A stretch of DNA of 54,910 nucleotides. It comes from an uncultured Gammaproteobacteria bacterium (GTDB lineage: Bacteria > Patescibacteriota > Microgenomatia > JALYQM01). The first letter of the stretch is position 1. Every line of letters starts with the position of its first letter. Below the pieces are notes generated by a model that was not told where the DNA came from, made no database searches, and saw nothing but the letters and a program-made list of their open reading frames with translations. Below, one piece after another: positions 9,193 through 15,981 of this stretch. The DNA lies in NCBI GenBank assembly GCA_964525495.1, contig CAZGHS010000009.1, positions 1-54,910 on the forward strand, given 5' to 3'. A program made the translations under genes and the position numbers.

Positions 9193-10134
9193 GTGAATAA
9201 TCGTGGTCGAGTTGGCGGATGTCTTCTCGTGTTGGTGGTCCTCCTTATCCTTGTAAGGCAATGCGGAGGCAACGTTGTATTAATTAACTACGGCAATGGT
9301 AATGGCACCACTAGTAATACAACTATGGGTGGCCTGGACCTCCCGTTTGCTGCGACCGCGACACCTCCATCAAGCCTGACCAAGTCGGATATTGCAGTAG
9401 CTTCGAAAATAGAAGTACGCAACGTCCCTGCCTTGATCGAGGTGATTGTCGAGACTCGTAATGATGTGGCAGTCGAGGTTGTGGGAAGGGAGGATGTCGT
9501 CAGTACCCTCACAATCAAGATGGAAAATGAGGCTTTGGTTGTTCATGGTGGATCGTGGATCTGCCGTCGGCCGGGTTGGGAAGCCAAGCTCATATTGAAC
9601 ACGCTGAATCCAGTGGTTTTTGAAAACTGCGATTATTCGCAGACTAAGATTACTTTCAGAGTTCCTGTCGAGATCGGTGTTCGCATTGTTGGCATGCACG
9701 GTAATGCGACGGTTGGTGATACGCTCGGAGTTCTCGAGGTTGACAGCTCTGGCGGGAGTAGAGTACATGCTGGCCATGTCACGTATGCTTTCGTTAGCGG
9801 CTCTGGTGGTAGTCATACCATTATTGAGTCGGTTGATGGGGAGATCGACATTGTTTTGAGTGGAGGTAGCACTGCTACCATAAACTCGGGACGAGGATTA
9901 GTCTTGGAGGTCGACTCGAGTGGAGGCAGCGTTACTATTGTCAATGCTGGAGTTGCTGGTAACGCGAGTATCTATACAAGTGGTGGGAGCCAAGTGCACA
10001 TTGGAGGTTCGATCGACGGCAACGTCACTTTCAACGGTTCTGGTGGTTCGTCGTTAGGTCTTTCGTGTGTCCGTGGGGATGTCCGTGATGATACTTCTGG
10101 TGGTAGTAACTATTCCCGCGGTACATGTGACTAG
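9193..10134 (+). CDS. membrane-anchored repeat protein, DUF4097/GIN-domain-like beta-helix
   Basis: 313 aa with a GTG start after AAAGGA and an N-terminal TM helix (LLVLVVLLILV). The C-terminal half carries seven (S/T)GG(S) turns roughly every 18-22 aa (DSSGGS, GSGGSH, LSGGST, DSSGGS, TSGGSQ, GSGGSS, TSGGSN). Confidence 0.55.
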   Translation: MNNRGRVGGCLLVLVVLLILVRQCGGNVVLINYGNGNGTTSNTTMGGLDLPFAATATPPSSLTKSDIAVASKIEVRNVPALIEVIVETRNDVAVEVVGREDVVSTLTIKMENEALVVHGGSWICRRPGWEAKLILNTLNPVVFENCDYSQTKITFRVPVEIGVRIVGMHGNATVGDTLGVLEVDSSGGSRVHAGHVTYAFVSGSGGSHTIIESVDGEIDIVLSGGSTATINSGRGLVLEVDSSGGSVTIVNAGVAGNASIYTSGGSQVHIGGSIDGNVTFNGSGGSSLGLSCVRGDVRDDTSGGSNYSRGTCD

Positions 10135-10151
10135 CTGAGTGTTTTTACAGT

Positions 10152-10200
10152 GGCGCGCAGCCTCTACAGTGTTATGCTGTGCGCCTTGTTTGGATTTTTA
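10152..10200 (+). terminator. Rho-independent terminator
   Basis: GGCGCGCAGC (10152-10161) pairs with GCTGTGCGCC (10176-10185), followed by ttgtttggattttt. Confidence 0.55.
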
Positions 10201-10266
10201 AAATGTTATCTCTCTGTATTTTTTTCTATTTCCTATCTTAATCATCTTTCTTGGTGGTTTCTTTTT

Positions 10267-10295
10267 TTGTCAATATCTGATATTATTGATATAAT
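10267..10295 (+). promoter_or_regulatory. sigma70-like promoter for the small-ORF cluster
   Basis: TTGTCA (10267-10272), a 17-nt spacer, then TATAAT (10290-10295). Confidence 0.4.
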
Positions 10296-10334
10296 GTATT
10301 AGTATTGCTCTGCTATAATAAGGAGGTGTTGTTT

Positions 10335-10499
10335 ATGACTCCTAATTACGATCCTGATAGAAAGGCTCATGACTTTCTTTATGATGAGCCGGATGATATT
10401 TTTGATAATCGTATGAGTAACGATTACTTTCCCATGCAGTCAAACCCTCCAGTAAAAGATGATTTAGATGAAGATATACTTTATGACCCGAAAGGGTAA
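10335..10499 (+). CDS. small acidic protein (54 aa), hypothetical
   Basis: The start is trimmed to the ATG, which lies 6 nt after AAGGAGG. The protein is Asp-rich (DEPDDIFDN, KDDLDEDILYD). Confidence 0.45.
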   Translation: MTPNYDPDRKAHDFLYDEPDDIFDNRMSNDYFPMQSNPPVKDDLDEDILYDPKG

Positions 10500-10508
10500 G
10501 GAGTTTAT

Positions 10509-10736
10509 ATGACATGGAAAAAGAAGTCTGTAGAGAACACTAATTTGGAAAACGATCCCCGTACGATAGATTTAAATAATAGTATCGTCGGAACTCCGAT
10601 CGATATGGTTACCGATTATGAAGTTGTTATAGATTATAGTGGCTTTGGCGAAATTGATGCTGATATGGATCCGGGATATAGAGATGTAGTATATGATTCT
10701 GGTCAAAGTAGTCATAAAACAGGTCAAGAAAAATAA
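10509..10736 (+). CDS. small acidic protein (75 aa), hypothetical
   Basis: AAGGAG overlaps the upstream stop codon and lies 5 nt before the ATG. The protein is Asp/Glu-rich. A clean terminator follows. Confidence 0.5.
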   Translation: MTWKKKSVENTNLENDPRTIDLNNSIVGTPIDMVTDYEVVIDYSGFGEIDADMDPGYRDVVYDSGQSSHKTGQEK

Positions 10737-10755
10737 ACACTAGTGTTGATTGGTG

Positions 10756-10786
10756 CAGGCGGGTTATTATCCGCCTGTTTTTGTTC
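10756..10786 (+). terminator. Rho-independent terminator
   Basis: CAGGCGG (10756-10762) pairs with CCGCCTG (10771-10777) around an 8-nt loop, followed by TTTTTG. Confidence 0.65.
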
Positions 10787-10832
10787 TTGTTGTCTTATGC
10801 AATTTTTATATACTATTGAATAGGAGGTATTT

Positions 10833-10901
10833 ATGGCTAAAGGCGAAAACCGAGATAAAAGTAATAAGAATAAAAAGAAACCAAAAAAAGATAAGAAGTA
10901 A
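10833..10901 (+). CDS. 22-aa Lys-rich micro-ORF (MAKGENRDKSNKNKKKPKKDKK)
   Basis: It falls below the ORF-track cutoff. AGGAGG lies 5 nt upstream of the ATG, and the ORF has its own terminator downstream. Confidence 0.35.
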   Translation: MAKGENRDKSNKNKKKPKKDKK

Positions 10902-10922
10902 TTGTGTTTTTGGTTAATTTAT

Positions 10923-10960
10923 AGCAGGCTTATACGCAAAGTATGAGTCTGCTTTTTTTG
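10923..10960 (+). terminator. Rho-independent terminator
   Basis: AGCAGGCTTATAC (10923-10935) pairs with GTATGAGTCTGCT (10941-10953), including two G-U pairs. TTTTTTT follows. Confidence 0.5.
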
Positions 10961-11000
10961 TAAAAAATATGCTTTAGGGTGTGTTATATTATTTACGAAT

Positions 11001-12320
11001 ATGAATGATGATCTAAAATGTCCATCGTGTGGAGAAACAATTCAAGTTACTCAAGCGTTAATGTCGCAGTTGTCGACACAGATTCGTGATGAGATGAAAG
11101 CGCAAGGAGATGCGGATAAAAAGAAATTTGAAATGTTGGTTGCAGAGAAAGAAAAGGAAACGGAGAAACTGAAGCAACTGATGGAAGATCAAACAAAATT
11201 GCAAAAAGAAAACTTAGAAAAAGAGAAGAAACGAATTGAAGAATCGCTGGTTGATCAGATGCAACAACAGATGGCGTTGACTGAGAGTGAGATAAAGAAA
11301 AAGATCACCGAGGAAAATAACTTGCAGCAAAAAGATTTGATGAATCGATTGGCGGAGCGCGAAGAGAAATTGAAAAAGAATGACGATATGCTTTTGGAGA
11401 TGATGAAGCAGTTGCGGGAGAAGGATGAGCGGGAGCGGGAATTGCGTTTGGATATGGAGAAGCGTTTGGGTGATGAAATTAAAATCACGTATTCTAAAGT
11501 GCAAAAGCAGATGTCTGAACAGTACGACATGCAATTGAAGGAGCGAGATAAATTGAACGATGATCTGCGAAAGAAGATTGAAGAATTGCAGATGAAAGCC
11601 TCTGAAGCATCGGTACAGATACGGGGAGAGATCGCGGAATTAGAACTTGAAGCGTTGCTGCGTGAACTGTTCCCGATGGATATGATCGAGCCAATTGGAA
11701 AGGGTAAATTCGGCGCTGATATTGCGCAGAAAGTGCGTGATCAATATGGTCGGGTCTGTGGAGTAATCTTATGGGAATCGAAGCATACAAAGAACTGGAT
11801 GCAAGAATGGCTGCCGAAGTTGCGTGAAGATTTGAGAACTTATAAAGCGCATGTTGCGGTACTCGCGACTCTGACTATGCCGGATGGGTTTGATACCTTT
11901 GGCATGAAAGATGGCGTGTGGATTACTAACTATGAGTGTTTGGCTGGTCTTGCTACTGCACTTCGTCATCAATTGATTTATGTTGCGTATGAGCGAAATG
12001 CTGCGAGTGGTAAGGGTGAAAAAATGGAAATGCTCTACAATTATTTGATTGGTCACGAGTTTAAACAGAAGATTGAAGCTATAGTAGAAGTGTTTACGAC
12101 TATGCGTGAGGACTTGGAAAAAGAGAAAAACGTAATGGAACGTGTATGGAAGAAACGGGAGATGCAGCTTACTCGTTTGGCTGTGAATACCTCGCGTATG
12201 TATGGAGAGATGCAAGGTTTGGTCGGGTCTGCATTACCAACCGTTTCAGGATTAGAACTCGAAGCGCTTGATTCTGGTGAGAAAAAAGAAGCAAATAGTT
12301 TACTTGATTTAATGGGATGA
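11001..12320 (+). CDS. DUF2130-like protein (N-terminal CxxC knuckle, long coiled coil, C-terminal globular nuclease-like domain)
   Basis: 439 aa. The N-terminus has LKCPSCGETIQV, followed by ~200 aa of Glu/Lys coiled coil and a C-terminal domain (GADIAQKV...ILWESKHTKNW...). The family assignment is from memory of its architecture. Confidence 0.65.
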   Translation: MNDDLKCPSCGETIQVTQALMSQLSTQIRDEMKAQGDADKKKFEMLVAEKEKETEKLKQLMEDQTKLQKENLEKEKKRIEESLVDQMQQQMALTESEIKKKITEENNLQQKDLMNRLAEREEKLKKNDDMLLEMMKQLREKDERERELRLDMEKRLGDEIKITYSKVQKQMSEQYDMQLKERDKLNDDLRKKIEELQMKASEASVQIRGEIAELELEALLRELFPMDMIEPIGKGKFGADIAQKVRDQYGRVCGVILWESKHTKNWMQEWLPKLREDLRTYKAHVAVLATLTMPDGFDTFGMKDGVWITNYECLAGLATALRHQLIYVAYERNAASGKGEKMEMLYNYLIGHEFKQKIEAIVEVFTTMREDLEKEKNVMERVWKKREMQLTRLAVNTSRMYGEMQGLVGSALPTVSGLELEALDSGEKKEANSLLDLMG

Positions 12321-12527
12321 TTATTCGCTTAAGAGTTTTTTAGCTCTAGTTATAAGTCTTCTTGTAGTCCATTTGCAAGGCTCGGACGTGCGTAATCGTG
12401 TAAAGAGGATGCCTGCTTCGGCTGTTTCATTTACGTTATGAGCAGCTTTAGCACTTAACTCTTTTTGGCCGACTTTGTTTATGAGTTCCTTCAATTGCTG
12501 AGGAGTAAGTTCTTGTGACTTACGCAT
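12321..12527 (-). CDS. hypothetical small protein (68 aa)
   Basis: The ORF starts 2 nt after the stop of the upstream minus-strand ORF. I see no recognisable motif. Confidence 0.4.
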   Translation of the reverse strand: MRKSQELTPQQLKELINKVGQKELSAKAAHNVNETAEAGILFTRLRTSEPCKWTTRRLITRAKKLLSE

Positions 12528-12529
12528 AA

Positions 12530-13117
12530 CTATTTACCTGAAAGTTTTTTTGGCGACACTCGTACTTTTACGATAAGATCTCTCTGATTGCCTTCATGAT
12601 CGTCGATTTCTTTGACGTGCATTGTTTCGTAGTACTCGAGTAACATATCTGAAAGTGATTGTTCTTGGTCTTTGAGCATTTCTCGAGATTCGTCAAATTT
12701 TCCTTGTAGTGTACGCGCTTCTTGAGTACCCATTATAGTTGCTTTGACTTGCTTTTTTACTTTCATGGCTTCTTTCGCGACTTTATCTGCTTTGTAGTAC
12801 TCTTCACTGTTTGCCATGATGTCTTTGAGTTGTTGTCCAAGCTCTGACATTTCAAGTTGTGATTTTTCAATAATGCCGAGTCTTTGTCGGATGACATTTT
12901 CTAATGCAGAAAGTGCGAAGGCTGTACTTTCAGGATTTTCCATGCTGAGTGACTCTTCGTCATCGTCGAATTTTCCTTTTAGTGCTGGTTCACTATCTGT
13001 GAAGGATGTTGCGGGAACAGCCATCATGTGTGAGTCTTCTTTTGTTTCGATTGGAGTATCAGTAATATTTTCTTCGGTTGGTTTTAGGTTTGGATCATCA
13101 GGCAGATTTGTATTCAT
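12530..13117 (-). CDS. hypothetical acidic coiled-coil protein (195 aa)
   Basis: It has an acidic N-terminal tail, a central heptad-like region and a short beta-rich C-terminus. It faintly recalls phage Gp157/Gam-like coiled-coil proteins, but this is unverified. Confidence 0.45.
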   Translation of the reverse strand: MNTNLPDDPNLKPTEENITDTPIETKEDSHMMAVPATSFTDSEPALKGKFDDDEESLSMENPESTAFALSALENVIRQRLGIIEKSQLEMSELGQQLKDIMANSEEYYKADKVAKEAMKVKKQVKATIMGTQEARTLQGKFDESREMLKDQEQSLSDMLLEYYETMHVKEIDDHEGNQRDLIVKVRVSPKKLSGK

Positions 13118-13161
13118 ACTTTGGTATACTAATTGAGATTTTTATAATTGTCAAACTTTTT

Positions 13162-13896
13162 ATGATATTGGCTTGGAAAAAAAGATATCAGACATGTCTA
13201 GAAATGCTGGAGCAGCTGCGAGTAGAAAAATCGGAGTTGCGTGACGCAAAGTTGAGCTACAACGGAATACTCGACCCGATGGCTGAAGGTGTTGTGCCCG
13301 TGCTAGTTGGGGACGAAGAGAATAAAAATAGAGATGCGTTTACGGGATCTGAGAAAGAATATGAAGTGGGGGTTTTAGTGGGTGTATCGACAGATAGTGG
13401 AGACTTGTTGGGGATTATTAAAAACTTTTCTGATATTAGTGTGAGAAGTGATGTGATTGTAGAGGCGGTAATGACTAGTGAATTGGAATTTGAACAGACA
13501 GTGCCGATGCATTCAAATCGTAAAGTACAGGGAAAGCGCTTGTGGTGGTGGATATTGAACGGAGTGCATATTCCAGAAGAAGAGCGACCAAAGAACAAAG
13601 TGAAGATTTTGGAGAGAGAATTTTTGGGGGAAGAGGTTATGCTGCTAGATGATTTGATGAAGGAGATTACAGTGATGCGTGAGAAGTTTGGCGAGCGATT
13701 TCGAATGCAACAAGCCGGGGAGAGTTGGAAAAGGTATTTTGAGAAGAGTAGTGCCGAAAAGTATGTTGTTGTGAAATTTCGATTGAAAGTGTCGAGTGGA
13801 TTTTATGTGAGGACGTTTGTGGAGGCTATCTCAAAGATTGTGGGAGTTCCGTTGCTTGTATTGACGTTAAAGCGGTCAAAGGTACACTATATATAG
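13162..13896 (+). CDS. truB: tRNA pseudouridine synthase B-like (compact, no obvious PUA domain)
   Basis: The start is trimmed to Met29 to remove the overlap with the divergent gene. The catalytic motif is NGILDPMAEGVVPVLVG (GxLDPxAxG with the catalytic Asp). KEYEVGVLVGVSTDSGD matches TruB motif II. Confidence 0.6.
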   Translation: MILAWKKRYQTCLEMLEQLRVEKSELRDAKLSYNGILDPMAEGVVPVLVGDEENKNRDAFTGSEKEYEVGVLVGVSTDSGDLLGIIKNFSDISVRSDVIVEAVMTSELEFEQTVPMHSNRKVQGKRLWWWILNGVHIPEEERPKNKVKILEREFLGEEVMLLDDLMKEITVMREKFGERFRMQQAGESWKRYFEKSSAEKYVVVKFRLKVSSGFYVRTFVEAISKIVGVPLLVLTLKRSKVHYI

Positions 13897-13900
13897 TCGT

Positions 13901-14035
13901 ATGGTCAGTCTTTCATTTCCTATTTGGGTATATATTGCTTTCTTCTTTGCAATAATTCTGTTTTTAATACTCCTGTTTTTTCTGGTTTTTAATCTCCTTA
14001 AGTTTCTAACCCTTGCTAAACATAAAGCTAAATAA
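13901..14035 (+). CDS. 44-aa hydrophobic micro-ORF, doubtful
   Basis: The sequence MVSLSFPIWVYIAFFFAIILFLILLFFLVFNLLKFLTLAKHKAK forms a single TM-like helix. There is no SD, and it fills the truB-epmA gap. Confidence 0.2.
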   Translation: MVSLSFPIWVYIAFFFAIILFLILLFFLVFNLLKFLTLAKHKAK

Positions 14036-14073
14036 TTCTAATGTGATAATATGCTTGTTAAATAGGGGTAAAT

Positions 14074-15129
14074 ATGAAGCCGACATGGCAAAAATTGCGA
14101 GACAATCCAGAATTAATGAAAAGTTATCTTGCTCGAGAGAAGGTAATAGATGCTATTCGTGCGTATTTTAAATCGTCTGGGTTTTTGGAAGTTGAAACTC
14201 CCTTGATGGTGAAGATGCCTGGGATGGAGCCTTATTTGGAAGTGTTTGAGAGTGAATTGTTGGACGCTCCAGGAGATAAACATAGAACTTTTTTGATTAC
14301 TTCACCAGAGTATGCAATGAAGAAATTGTTGGTGGTTGGGTTGCCTAAAATCTTTCAGATCTGTAAGTGTTTTCGTAATGGTGAGGATTTACGGAGTTCA
14401 ACTCACAATCCGGAATTTACAATGATTGAATGGTATCGGATTGAGTCGAATTATACTGATTTGATGCGCGATTGCGAAGAGATGGTTTGCTCGATTTATG
14501 ATGCGGTTGTTGGCGATAGGATAGACGGGAAACGAGTTTTGAAGTATCAGGGGCAGGAAGTATCGGTTGATGGACCGTGGGAACGAATCTCTGTGGCTCA
14601 AGCATTTGAAAAGTATGCAGGAGTAAACGAGGATTGGTTGCAGAATAGTGAAGAGATGAAGCGAGTCGCTATTGAAAAAGGATATTCCGTTGATGACGAT
14701 ACAACTTGGGAACAAGTGTTTCATCAGATATTTTTGAATGAAGTAGAGCCACATCTTGGATATGGTAAGCCCACTATATTATATGACTATCCTGCATCTA
14801 TGGCTGCGTTATCGCGTAAAAAGCCTGGAGATGACAGATATGCTGAGAGGTTTGAGTTTTATATTTTGGGTAAGGAATTGGGAAATGGATTCTCGGAGCT
14901 GACTGATGCGGTGGAGCAAGATGATCGATTGCGAGCAGAGTGGCAAGAGCGTAAAGATTTAGGTAAGAAAATGTATGATGTGGATGAGGATTTTATTAAT
15001 GCGCTGAAGGTAGGAATGCCGGAGGCTGCGGGGATTGCAGTAGGGATTGATAGGTTGATAATGCTGTTTGCGAACGTGTCTACGATTCAGGAGACTTTGT
15101 GGTTTCCAGCGAATGAATCATTTTTCTAA
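14074..15129 (+). CDS. epmA: elongation factor P--(R)-beta-lysine ligase (truncated class II LysRS paralog, PoxA/GenX)
   Basis: 351 aa. It matches E. coli EpmA blocks: FLEVETP, ITSPEYAMKKLLV, FQICKCFRNGE, HNPEFTMIEWY, ERFEFY..G.ELGNGFSELTD and ALKVGMPEAAGIAVGIDRL. It sits immediately upstream of efp. Confidence 0.85.
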   Translation: MKPTWQKLRDNPELMKSYLAREKVIDAIRAYFKSSGFLEVETPLMVKMPGMEPYLEVFESELLDAPGDKHRTFLITSPEYAMKKLLVVGLPKIFQICKCFRNGEDLRSSTHNPEFTMIEWYRIESNYTDLMRDCEEMVCSIYDAVVGDRIDGKRVLKYQGQEVSVDGPWERISVAQAFEKYAGVNEDWLQNSEEMKRVAIEKGYSVDDDTTWEQVFHQIFLNEVEPHLGYGKPTILYDYPASMAALSRKKPGDDRYAERFEFYILGKELGNGFSELTDAVEQDDRLRAEWQERKDLGKKMYDVDEDFINALKVGMPEAAGIAVGIDRLIMLFANVSTIQETLWFPANESFF

Positions 15130-15130
15130 A

Positions 15131-15159
15131 TTGCGCTCATTGAGCTATTTGTATATAAT
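15131..15159 (+). promoter_or_regulatory. candidate promoter for efp
   Basis: TTGCGC (15131-15136), a 17-nt spacer, then TATAAT (15154-15159). Confidence 0.35.
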
Positions 15160-15193
15160 CCCTTTCAGTTACAGTTTAGATACGGGTATTTTT

Positions 15194-15763
15194 ATGGCAG
15201 TAATTGCAGTTTCAGAACTCAAAAAAGGTTTATATATTGTTTTTAAGGACGAGCCTAATCAGGTGAGTGCTATGGATTTCGTGAATCCAGGTAAGGGCTC
15301 GGCTTTTTATCGCGTAAAGTTAAAAAGTTTAAAGACTGGTCGTGTGGTAGAAAACACGTTTAAATCTGGTGAAATGGTTGAAGATTATCCAGTGGATACT
15401 CGTGAAATGCAATTTTTATACAAAGATAATGACAATGGGTATTTCATGAACCCGTTTACATATGAGCAGATTAGCATGCTTTTGGATTTGGTCGGTGATT
15501 TTGCTCAGTTTTTGCAGGATGGTCAGACATATCAGGTGCTGATGCACGGTGATGATGCTATCGGTATGCGACCACCAAAGCGAGTTGTATTTAAAATAGC
15601 CTCAACTGAGAAGACTGCAGCAGGCAATACTGCTGGTCGTGTGTTGAAGCCAGCTACGCTCGAAAATGGCGTAGAAGTCCAAGTCCCTGCCTTTATTAAA
15701 GAAGGCGATAAAGTGGCTCTGAATCCTGAATCAGGTGAGTATTTGGAGCGGGTAAACGACTAG
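15194..15763 (+). CDS. efp: elongation factor P
   Basis: The start is trimmed to MAVIAVSELKKG. The modification loop VNPGKGSAFYRVKLK is conserved, including the Lys. The 189-aa length is typical. Confidence 0.92.
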   Translation: MAVIAVSELKKGLYIVFKDEPNQVSAMDFVNPGKGSAFYRVKLKSLKTGRVVENTFKSGEMVEDYPVDTREMQFLYKDNDNGYFMNPFTYEQISMLLDLVGDFAQFLQDGQTYQVLMHGDDAIGMRPPKRVVFKIASTEKTAAGNTAGRVLKPATLENGVEVQVPAFIKEGDKVALNPESGEYLERVND

Positions 15764-15873
15764 AATTGAGTTGGTTTTAGTTAGGTCTTGTTGGTTTATC
15801 CCTTATTGGTGCCAATATCTGTAGTATGTGTCTAGGTAGGCCTATAATATAGACGGTTTCCCTCAGTATATAA

Positions 15874-15902
15874 TTGACTCTAAGCTTATAGTGTGCTATA
15901 AT
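15874..15902 (+). promoter_or_regulatory. strong sigma70-like promoter with extended -10
   Basis: TTGACT (15874-15879), a 17-nt spacer, then TGc-TATAAT (TATAAT at 15897-15902). It lies ~80 nt upstream of the 1390-aa ORF. Confidence 0.5.
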
Positions 15903-15981
15903 CCACCAATCTTGCGTACAGTTTAACCGACTGTAGGCTCGTTTTTTATACTACAATATAGTCTTCCTGCCCAGGAAAGCG

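Noticed and set aside
15068-15193. Long N-terminal extensions in the ORF track for efp (from 15068), the truB-like gene (from 13078), GT4 47899, GT4 50057, DsbA 36915 and the small proteins at 6734, 51864 and 53482.
   Set aside because: The extensions overlap neighbouring genes or lack SD sequences. Internal ATGs give canonical N-termini (for example MAVIAVSELKKG for EF-P, MRILLVSP and MRIGIDV for the GT4 enzymes), often with AGGAG upstream.
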